Positions 38,427 through 48,620 of a stretch of DNA of 64,000 nucleotides are shown one piece after another. Made by a program: the position numbers and the translations under genes. The notes beneath the pieces were generated by a model, which worked only from the letters and a program-made list of their open reading frames with translations, searched no databases and was not told the DNA's origin. Position 1 is the stretch's first letter; the number at the start of each line of letters is the position of its first letter. The DNA is from Octopus vulgaris (lineage: Eukaryota): positions 3,720,001 to 3,784,000 of the forward strand of contig OX597816.1 of the NCBI GenBank assembly GCA_951406725.2. Reading direction: 5' to 3'.

Positions 38427-39499
38427 AACAACAGACAAGATAAGGACAAATATTCATCAAATGTAAATAATGTATCTCCGTGCTGTTTAGAAAGAAATAG
38501 AAAATAATAATTATATTTCGTTGTGTCTTTGGATGGTCATTATGCCAATAAAAAACACATGCAATGGTTCTAGTTCAGTTCTTTTAATCTTATTCTCAGA
38601 GAACAAGTAAACAGTTTAACCAATTAACTAATCGACTGTTTAATAGTTTGGTCAATCAATAAATGAGCTGGGCTCATGAGATTCCTTTTGTCATCATTCG
38701 CGACCTCATACAAACCCTTTTTACTCAGGGTCTGTCTCGATATCTTACTGCTTCATTGATTGAGTAACGATATATCAAACATTTAGTTAGTAAACTGGTT
38801 GACCAATAATAATAAAAGAAGCGAAACGTAACCAGAGCTTGTTTCTTATTGGCAAAATGACCCTCGCAAGAAACATCAAAATCTCTTTCAGATTTAATAA
38901 ATAGTATCATGCAAAGAAAATACCAAAACGTAATCCTTATCGACCTCAGATTAAGACTAACAAAATGGCGGACTGTTTCCGCGAGGCAAATTCCTAACTT
39001 ATTGACCAACACCCACCTCCGCTATCTCGGGTACGCTCTTTATTTAAACTTGATGCTAACAGTACTCGTCTACATAAATGTAAACTCCACTCATTGCATC
39101 ACTTATCTTATTTACAAAGCTAGCAACAACAAACGACTTCCAGTTACTGTGACTCCGCCACCCACTTGTCTAACTCCATCTCTTTCCTCAACTACACTCC
39201 GGCGTTCTTCAGCCACAGACAACTAGAAAGCCATCACTCCTATTGCACCAAGGACATCTCTATTTCAAGTGATGTTGAAGGTAGAACATCTAACTCAGGA
39301 ATCTCACATAAACGGACAAACCAATTTTTAAAGCTAATAAATCATAACACACATACACCTATGTGTACTGTACCACACTATAATAGATTATATACTGCAA
39401 TAACTACAGTATAAAATTTGATAATAAAGGACTAACTACTTCCGCAATATTGTTCAGAAATATCATAATGATCTTGTATAAAACAGTGCAGTTTATTCT

Positions 39500-39665
39500 T
39501 TTATTCTTTTTTTTTTGTTTCAGTCATTTGGTTGAAGCCATGCTGGAGCATTAGCCTTTAGTCGAACAAAACGACCCCAGCACTTCTACTTTGTAAGCCT
39601 AGCACGTATTCTATCGGTTTTCAAGCGATGGTGGGTAGGGGGACAAACATGGACACACAAATACA
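39500..39665 (-). mobile_element. SINE family B 3' part
   Basis: gtttcagtcattt...ccatgctggagca...tttagtcga...ttgtaagcctag. Confidence 0.65.
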
Positions 39666-39824
39666 CACATTTTTTCCAATACTTTTCTCGCTGGATTAAA
39701 TGTTCATTTCTCTTTTTGTTCAAATATATTCTCGTATATTCCATCTTCTGTCCTTCATTTGTTATTCTCTCTCTAACACGCGCGCGCGTGCACACACACA
39801 CACACACAAACACACATACATACA

Positions 39825-39860
<36 letters not shown>

Positions 39861-40118
39861 TATAGTTGAAACACTCATGTCACAACCTGGGACCTTGAAG
39901 ACTGCTATAATGCAAGAAAGTATACTAGTCCCTTAATATTTCATCTATTCAATAAGACAATACTTAATTTCATTTTACTATATATATATATATATATATA
40001 TTATTTATACTATATATTCTATATTCTACATTAATATTATAAAGAATATAAATAAAACATAAAAAACAGACAGAGTTGGAATTTCTTTGAATTATATATA
40101 TATATATATATATATATA

Positions 40119-40282
40119 TGACGGGCTTCTTTCAGTTTCCGTCTACAAGATCCACCCACAAGGCTTTGGTCGGCCCGAAGCTATAGTAGAAAACACTTGC
40201 TCAAAATACCGCGTTGTGGGACTGAACCAGGAATCATGTGTTTGGGAAGCAGGCTTCTTACCACACAGCTACTCCTGCGCCT
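40119..40282 (-). mobile_element. SINE family B 5' half
   Basis: gacgggcttctttcagtttccgtctac...cttaccacacagctactcctgcgcct. Confidence 0.85.
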
Positions 40283-40579
40283 ATTTGCATAAATTGTAAG
40301 AAAATTTATTTTCTTATGAAGAAGAATTAATTTATATGATCATTAAAAGGAGTGTGGACAAAAAGCAGAACGGTTGAGAAAATTAAGGAGAGAAAAGAAA
40401 TAATGTTACAGACTGAGTGTTTGATCTAGTTTTTACGTTTCGGTAGCTCAGAAGTGCCAGGCTGGGTTTTATATTCATCCTTATTACTCGTCTCTTTCAC
40501 TGCTCTTCCTTGTTGGAAAGACGCGAAACAAACGCAAAAAATATTTTAACATCTGAACGCAAGTTTAATAAAATTGATT

Positions 40580-40792
40580 TCAAATTTTCGCACAAGGCCA
40601 GCAAGCTCGAGGGAGGGGTAAGGTCAACTATATTGACCCGTGTGTTCAACTGGTACTTATTTTAATCAACATCGAAGGGGTAAAAGACAATGTCGGTCGA
40701 CCTGTATGGAATTTGACCTCGGATCGTAAAGGCGGACGAAATGCCGCTCAACATTATACCTCGGCGTGTTATCGATTCTGCCAGCTCGCCGT
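40580..40792 (-). mobile_element. SINE family A variant, degenerate
   Basis: gcacaaggccagcaa...caactggtacttatttt...gattctgccagctcgccg. Confidence 0.65.
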
Positions 40793-41000
40793 CCAATTGC
40801 ATTTTATAATATTGATGTCAGACAAATATTCATATTTAATGGAGAGGGGTAATACCTTCAGTTGATGTGATAGGTGGCCTTGGATATTGCAAGTCTAACC
40901 CCGAACCAAATGATAAACATAACGCTACAATGATACTAAATATATCAGAAATACTAAATTTCTAAATCTCTCGTAGAGACATGTACGGTGGTGGGGCGAT

Positions 41001-41159
41001 AGAATGGTTGTATACTGTCAATCTAACGTGAACGTGACAGTAGGGGGTACACCACCGCTGTTTAGCCCGAGGAAGCATCGACGCCTCCTGATGGCTAAAC
41101 AGCGGTGGTATACCCCCTACTGTCACGTTCGTATTAGATTGACAGTATACAACCATTCT
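41001..41159. repeat. Near-perfect inverted repeat (arms 41001-41067 / 41093-41159)
   Basis: agaatggttgtatactgtcaatctaa...ccaccgctgtttagcc / ggctaaacagcggtgg...ttagattgacagtatacaaccattct; 25-nt loop. Confidence 0.92.
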
Positions 41160-41236
41160 GATATAAATATAGATATGACTGAAATATGTTTTTATAAGCT
41201 ATGTAAATGCTTTGGTCAAGAATATCATCAACACAC

Positions 41237-41276
<40 letters not shown>

Positions 41277-42655
41277 TGTGTGTGCGTGTCTTTGTGTGTA
41301 GATTTGTCCCCCACCACTGCCTGACAACCGGTGCTGGTGTGTTTACGTCTCTGTAACTTAGCGGTTTTAAGGCGTAAGAGAATTTATTGTCTTACGCCTA
41401 AAAACCGTAGCAGACCCGTGAACTAACAATATCCATTCTCTGTGTATGTGTGTTCGATTTTGCTCATATAGCTCGAATGGCTTCTTATTTATATACTATA
41501 CATTATGTGTTTATTGTCTCTTTCCCTCTGACAAGCATAATTATATGTATGTATATGCATGAATATATATATATATATATATATATATAATCAAAATGAG
41601 GGTGAAAAAATTGTATATTAATTTAATAACATCAATTTAGCACCAGTGGTTTAGCGCATAAAAAACTGAGATTCAGTAAATATTATTAATACACATATGA
41701 GAGAGAATCCACTAAAGTGGACGCCCTTACGCTAAAGAGAGATCCGCATGCCTATATATATATATATAAGAGTTAAGGAATGGAGAAGATAAGATCCGGA
41801 CTACATAGTTTCATAGCGTACGGAACCTTCCGTGAAAGTGATAAATATTCATGCTAACTTTCTTCCTGTACGTCTTTCCTTGGATCTATCTATCACTTTC
41901 TTTCTTTCTTTCTTAAGAATATCCCGAACGTTTTGTTATGTGCCAGTATTATTGCGATAGAAATGAAGGGTTAGTGTTTGATTAATAAAATGAAATTCGG
42001 TGAAAGTGAGGGAGAGATAAGGAGGAGGAAGTGGGTGGGAGTAAAAGTTTGAAAGAAACTGGTGATCATTGTGTAAAAGTATGAAAATATAGATTTGTGA
42101 ATGAATTGTTAAACAGAGAAATAAAGAAATGTGGACAGATAGAAGGAAAGAAAGAGGCCAAAGATATTGGAAAAGTAAATAATTGATACGAAATAATATT
42201 TCTTGTCAATGCTCCTTCAGAATTTATATTTGAGCTTGTAAGGAATATTAAACTTAAACGAACAAAGCTGTCTAAAATCGATATCGTTTTCCGCCAATCA
42301 GTGGCTGTCGATGTAATGCATTTATACAAAAGCTAAATTATATTCAAGTCCACACCCGCGATCGATGAGGGCCGTAAACACAACGATCTGTTAAGTTATT
42401 GTATTAATTTTTGTGGAAGATAATTCGATCTCATCGTTTTAGATTAACAAACTATCTTCGAAATTTCACTTAGTTTTGCATTTCACAAAATGTGATCGGG
42501 ATTGACTGCGGTTCGAGATGATTATTGATGGAATGTTGAATAAATTGTGAATTAATAATCGTTAACGTAGTACTAAAAGCTGTGACTATAGGTAGGAAAT
42601 CGGATTGCATGAAGGGACCTCCACGTGGTCACTTGGTCAGCTAAACATAGTCGAT

Positions 42656-42810
42656 AGTTAGTTAGTTAGTTAATTTGGCTCAAAAGCAAATAGCAAGGCC
42701 ATGTAGGGGGACATGGAGTTAAGTACAGGGTGGTGTTCATGTAAAGAGTTCAGGCCACTTGAGGTCCAGGGAGGCTTTGAACAAAGCTGTCGTCGGCATC
42801 TTCACCATCT
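42656..42810 (-). mobile_element. CR1-clade LINE 3' end, second copy
   Basis: Highly similar to 34573-34730, with a (TAAC)n tail. Confidence 0.8.
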
Positions 42811-43714
42811 AAGATTCCACATAGTCATACACTATTGTCTTACAATAAATACGTAAGAGGCATTGCCTATAGAAATGTCATGGCGTTCAAGAGTGGAATG
42901 TCTTTGAGCAGAGAACAACAAAATCAGAAATGATACGGAGTTGTTGAACAACAATAACAGCCATCATCTTTTATTTGGTTGTATTAATTTACGAGAAAAA
43001 CGCCCAATGTCCAATGAATGGTGCTGAGTTGTCAAACATTTAAACCAAATTTTCTCAAAACAACTTGTCCGACCGTCCCATAGGCCTCTCCTTTGAGAAA
43101 CACTGATTCAACCTAAATTTGAGACACCAGCAAAAGAAGAAATAAAGATAGACTTTTTTTCTATTCCAAAGAAAAACGATTTTATTCACACAAATATGCA
43201 ACCGAAGAGTTTAAAGTACCAGTAATGATAAGGCTGTTGACTGGGAGAACACAAACATGGTTTAAACAGAAAGTTTGGCAAGGAAGAAACGTGCCTTTAA
43301 GCAGTATGAAAACTGGAAGGGGCAGTTACGTACAGGTTGATAGAAGAAAAGCACGTTCCCACGGCTTTATTGGTCGCATTCTTACCTAGAATCGATTTTT
43401 GTAATTTTTTCAAGACTTATACACATGCCCTGATACCGTCAGTATCTACATATCAAATTTGAGCGCAATCGGATGGAAGATGCCCGAGATCCTAGAAGAC
43501 TTACAACACAGACAGAGCGGATTTATATAATAGATGTTCAGAATTCGATATCGACCCCTTCAAACTTTATCTTTCAAACTCTCTTTTAGTGCCTTACTAA
43601 TTTAACACACTCACCGGCCTGATTTTCAATCGCTTAATAATTTTTACGAAAATTTTCGTTGCGCTTTGCAACCTTTCTAATATCCATTGACTCTGTCCGT
43701 TCTCGGAACTGCGT

Positions 43715-44150
43715 TGTGTCTTTTGTTTGTTTCTTTGTGCGCATGCGTATGTGTCAATGTGCGTGCACATACACGTATGTATGTATTCTGCCTATCCATG
43801 TGCTTGTGTGTGTGTTTGTGTTCATGTGTGTTTGTATGTGTATGTGTGGGTGTATTTATTTGTGTGTGTACCTGTGTGTGTGTGTGTGTGTGTATTTGTA
43901 TGTATACTTCTGTCTCTTTGTGTCTGCATGTTTGTGTGTGTGTATGGGTTTGTGTGACAATGTATGTGGGTCTGTTATGGATATTTGTCTCCATATGTGT
44001 CCTTGTGTGAAGTGTGCGTGTGTGTATATGGTCATGTGTTTCACACTTCATTTGTATGTACGTGTGTGTGTGTGCCCGTCTGTCTGTATTACCTATGTAC
44101 CTATCTGTATATCTACCTGTCCATATACGTATTCATTTACACACACACGC
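43715..44150. repeat. Degenerate (TG)n-rich low-complexity tract
   Basis: Directly visible; source of the Cys/Val-rich spurious ORFs. Confidence 0.9.
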
Positions 44151-44651
44151 CGGCATAACAGCCTACTAACAACACTATATATAAATTGTGGGTACAAGGG
44201 TATGATACCTATATTTATTTTCTATTTAGTACTGGGGATATTTCTTTAATGAGGACGTACTCTTGTACTTGTCTGAGTGTTGGATCTTTCGGCTGCTTGG
44301 ATAAAATGCGGATGTCGAGTTGACCCAGTGTGCCTCCACGTTGGCCTTTGGCATGCTGGTAGACCATGGAGGATTGTTTTTAGAGTATGAAGGATTATAA
44401 TCTGTAAAATATGTTTCCCTTGCAAGTGTTCAGAGCTCAACCATCAAGGAACGGCACCTACGTCTCCCTCGCATCACACTCAAATATCCCTCTTCACAAA
44501 GGACACTACCATAACTACACTTTCTACAAAAATATGATGGTCGTTGATAGGGTCTCTTTCAGAGGCATTGGCCAGAGTACGACATGTCATCGTACCTTTG
44601 TAAGATTAGGTTTAAATCAGGGCTCAAAGCAACAGTAAGAAATATGCATCA

Positions 44652-45023
44652 TTTACTTGTTTTAGTCATTAAACTGCGGCCATGCTGGGGCACCGCCTTA
44701 AAGAACTGATACTTAATCTATTCATAACCTTTGCCGAACTGTTATGAGGACGCAAATATGCCAACACCGGTTGTCAGTCGATGGTGGGGGAGAACACAAG
44801 AAGACACACACATACACACACACACACGCACGCACGCATACACGCACACACACGCGCGCGCGCACGCCCACATACGACGGGCTTCTTTCAATTTCTGCCT
44901 ACGAAACCCACTTTCTAGGCTTTGGTCAATCCGAGGCTGTAGAAGAAGACACTTGCCCAAGGTGCCACGGGGGACCATGTGATTGGGAAGTAAACCCCTT
45001 GCCACATACCCCACGCCTGTGCC
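44652..45023 (-). mobile_element. SINE family B
   Basis: actgcggccatgctgggg...acgacgggcttctttca...agacacttgcccaaggtgccacg. Confidence 0.8.
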
Positions 45024-45045
45024 TGTAGCGATATTATTTGGTTCA

Positions 45046-45463
45046 AGGCGGCGAGCTGGCAGAAACGTTAGCATGTCGGGCGAAATGCTTAGCGGTATTT
45101 CGTCTGCCGATACGTTCTGAGTTCAAATTCCGCCGAGGTCGACTTTGCCTTTCATCCATTCGGGGTCGATAAATTAAGTACCAGTTAAGCACTGGGGTCG
45201 ATATAATCGACTTAATACCTATGTCTGTCCATGTTTGTCTCCTCTATGTTTAGCCCCTTGTGGGTAATAAAGAAATTGGTATTTCGTCTGCCGTTACGTT
45301 CTGAGTTCAAATCTCGCCGAGGTCGATTTTGCCTTTCATCCTTTCGGGGTCAATTAAATAAGTACCAGTTACGCATTGGGGTCGATTTAATCGACTTAAT
45401 TCGTTTGTCTGTCCTTGTTTGTCCCCTCTATGTTTAGCCCCTTGTGGGTAGTTTTAAAAAAAA
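45046..45463 (+). mobile_element. SINE family A dimer (one head plus 2 body/tail units)
   Basis: Junction agaaattggt/atttcgtctg near 45280; 13-bp TSD gatattatttggt at 45030-45042 and 45464-45476. Confidence 0.9.
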
Positions 45464-46078
45464 GATATTATTTGGTCCCCATTCCAATCGATTCCATCTT
45501 TCCATCACAAAACCGGTCATCTTGGAAAATTATTTAACATTATTTGATTCTTCATCAACACCCTGAATATCGCAAAAATAAAGTATTTTAGAAATTCAGA
45601 ATTGACGAATGTGATTTCAAACCCCGCTTCGCATAATCGAATTTTCCTTTCTTTGGTGATGTTCCATAATTGAGGTTAATGTGGTTAACAGCTGACAAAA
45701 TTGTTTTCATCTTCATTGTTTTTTCTAAAATTGTTTTCTCCTTCATTTTTAAACCTTGGGTGTTTATATCTCGTCACAAAGAAGTTGGTATCATTGTTTC
45801 ATCAAAGCTGCTAATTTAACAATAAAATTCATGAAAGATATTTTTTATTCATGTCCAATCTTGTCTGAAGATCTGACGTGATCTACTTTGTTTAATCCTA
45901 AAATCATCGATAACACAAAATACTGATAACATACAGACATCGATTTAGCGGTCCAGTTACCTAACAAAATTTACATTGGACCTTCAAAAGAATCCCTAAG
46001 AAACTAATACATTTTCAAAGGAAATTAGCAAACCCCTCCAATATTTTGAGTATGAATTGTGCAAAAGTCAACTTGTAG

Positions 46079-46238
46079 GGGCAGACGTGGGTGTGTGGTA
46101 AGAAGCTTGCTTCCAAACCACGTGGTTCTAGGTTCAGTTCTACTGTGTGGCATTTTGGACAGGTGTCTTCTACTATAACGTCGGGCCGACCAAATCTTTG
46201 TGAATTGATTTGGTAGACGGAAACTGAAAGAATCGGTC

Positions 46239-46242
<4 letters not shown>
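46079..46242 (+). mobile_element. SINE family B 5' half
   Basis: gtgtggtaagaagcttgcttccaaacc...ggttcagt...tggtagacggaaactgaaag. Confidence 0.8.
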
Positions 46243-46277
<35 letters not shown>

Positions 46278-46305
46278 ATCCAAACATGAAAACACAAGGA
46301 GAAAA

Positions 46306-46672
46306 TATATAATTGCCAAATAAATGTGGCGGTCCTATAGAGGACGATGCTACTGTTGTTTTTGTCCACCGGAGGACATCTCCAGCTGGTTAATGACATA
46401 CTGTCTGTGTCCAATTAGTATTTTCGAGGGAAAATCATCGTTCTCATATCTAGCCTTACGTGATACACACAGACCAGGGTTTCTGAGTAGTAACCCATCC
46501 TCAGTGTGTGACAATCAGTGTCTGACAATCAGTGTGTGATAATCATGGATGAAAATTCATCCACACGCAAATACTAATCGGACACAGACAGTGAGTCGTT
46601 AGCCAGCTGGGACTAAAAGCAACAGTAGCATTGTTCTCTATAGGACCGCCACTTCTAGTTGGCAATTGTATT
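46306..46672. repeat. Inverted repeat (arms 46306-46423 / 46569-46672) with a hammerhead and a 3x14-bp tandem in the loop
   Basis: gtggcggtcctatagag / ctctataggaccgccac and ctgtctgtgtccaattagtattt / aaatactaatcggacacagacag; tcagtgtgtgacaa-like x3 at 46501-46542. Confidence 0.85.
46466..46510 (-). ncRNA. Type I hammerhead ribozyme, intact core
   Basis: Minus strand cacaca-CTGAGGA-TGGGT-tact-ACTCA-GAAA-CC-ct-GG-TC-tgtgtg: 6-bp stem I, 5-bp stem II, short stem III, GUC site (predicted cut between 46472 and 46471). Confidence 0.85.
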
Positions 46673-47455
46673 TCACGATTCTGTACTGCTGCTGTTTGTC
46701 CACACGTCTTACTGTTCTTATGGCACACAGGAAAATAACGAAGATTGGTGTGACAGGTTTCATGAAGAGAACTTATATCTAAGAGCTACTTAAATAAAAT
46801 AGGTATGAACTTTGATGGAACTTTGATTGTACAGTTGTCTGCTGTTGATCAAGGAATAATTACAGTTCTTAACTTTTTGAGTGTAAGACTTTTAATAGAC
46901 GGGCATGAAACATATGAAGGCATTAAACTTTAATTTGATGATTTCGAAGAATATTAACGCTAAGAATATGATCGACGTTAAAAGAAATGGCCACTTTTTT
47001 ATTACATAAATAGTACGGAGTACGTAAGTAGTAATTTGGAACTATAAAAGTACAAGGAACCGGCTGATTAGAACCTCGGACTATGTAATTTGTGAAACGC
47101 CTGAAAACCACGTTATCGATTACATCCCATCACAAAAATAAGGTCAATAATGAGTTTGTTTGTAATCAATAATGTGGTCCTTTGGCAGACAATATAATCG
47201 AGGTTGGAGTTTTGTCAGTGAGCTTGTTGTCCTTCATCAATTACAAATGGCTGCATTATCTAATGACGTTTATATTTAGAATGGTGGTATCTAATTTATA
47301 GTCTGTTTATCTCTCACCACATTTCATGTTTTGATTGAAATTTAACTAACTTTTAAAAGTGCAGCGGACCATTTGGAGTTTGTCGTCAACACGATCTGCA
47401 GAGATGCAAACAAATGCCTCTCTTCAGTTTAAATTGCATAGATTTAAGCTAACCA

Positions 47456-47606
47456 TTACGTTCTGAGTTCAAATTCCACCGAGGTCAACTTTGCCTTTCA
47501 TGCTTTCAGAATCGATAAATTAAGTACCAGTTGTGTACTGAGGTAGATCTAATCACCTGGCCCCTCCCCACAAAAGATTTCAAGCCTTGTGCCTAGAGTA
47601 GAAACG
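47456..47606 (+). mobile_element. SINE family A variant, 5'-truncated
   Basis: ttacgttctgagttcaaattccaccgaggtcaactttgcctttcat...gataaattaagtaccagtt. Confidence 0.75.
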
Positions 47607-48089
47607 ATTATTATAATAAGTCACATGTATACCGACATTTCTTATTTAAATCTCAGGTGACGATAGCTGGACCGTAGCGACTCAACATCGACAAACAAGC
47701 CTTAAAAATGGACTTGGAATGGACTGATTCACTGTCGTACTTCCCCGAATAGGAAGCGCGGCGATTTGTCAGAATCGTTTGAGCATCGAACAAAATACTT
47801 TGCGGCATTGCTTCCGGCTCTTTACATTCTGAGTTCAAATACCGCCCAGCTCAACCTTGGTTTACACCTTCCGGACTCCCAAAGTAAGGCACCCGTTAAA
47901 TACTGCGTCGATGTTTTTGACTAAATTCTCCCTCTCAAAATGGCTGGTCCTGTGCCAAAATGAGAAACCAATCTTTACTGAGCATATATAGAATGCAGCT
48001 ATTTTCATAACAGTTTTCCTGTACTTAGAGGAGTTAATCTTGCATATATTAATATACAAACTTTGATATATATATATATATATATATGC

Positions 48090-48620
48090 TCCACCTCGAG
48101 CATATCTGAAAATGAAGCAGAGGGAACAATGTGATCGCAGAATGCCGAAAGCAGAAGTTTCGCTGGGTCGGAAATATAGTTAGGTTTACAGACAAGAGGT
48201 GGTCCTGTGCGATTGACGAGTGGTATCCAAGAGATAAGGCGGCGAGCTGGCAGAAACGTTAGCACGCCGGGCGAAATGCTTAGCGGTATTTCGTCTGCCG
48301 CTACGTTCTGAGTTCAAATTCCGCCGAGGTCGACTGTGCCTTTCATCCTTTCGGGGGCGATTAAATAAGTACCAGTTACGCACTGGGGTCGATATAATCG
48401 ACTAAATCCGTTTGTATGCCCTTGTTTGTCCTTTCTGTGTTTAGCCCCTTATGGGTAGTACAGAAATAGGTATCCAAGAGATCGGAAAAGACGACTCAGA
48501 AGGCCTCCACAACAGTGGGGAAACGGTTTAGTAAAACAATTTGTAGCAGGAAGCAAAAGAGTAGCACTCTCAGGAAAGAACTGGAAGCCCATCGTGACCA
48601 GCGATCTATACATCATCTAA
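48090..48620 (+). mobile_element. RTE-clade LINE 3' relic interrupted by a SINE
   Basis: After removing the SINE and one TSD copy the frame reads RKQKFRWVGNIVRFTDKRWSCAIDEWYPRDRKRRLRRPPQQWGNGL, a classic RTE C-terminal pattern (KWRWAGH..R..D.RW...EW.P...KR..GRP..RW). Confidence 0.8.
48238..48472 (+). mobile_element. SINE family A monomer, young
   Basis: Full head to tail; 14-bp TSD ggtatccaagagat on both sides (about 48222-48235 and 48469-48482). Confidence 0.92.

Larger units (their letters stand above)
37497..38475 (+). mobile_element. Composite tRNA-head / hammerhead / Penelope-N-terminus element: inverted 5' copy (37497-37746, minus) plus direct tandem copies (37750-38475)
   Basis: Head-to-head inverted repeat about 37497-37717 / 37750-37998; HHR cores 513 bp apart (37873, 38386); tRNA-like head 38240-38312; PLE N-terminal peptide 37990-38233. 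Confidence 0.85.

Noticed and set aside
43659-44249. 196-aa Cys/Val-rich ORF and overlapping ORFs
   Set aside because: Translation of a degenerate (TG)n microsatellite; the same applies to the many YIYI/THTH ORFs elsewhere.
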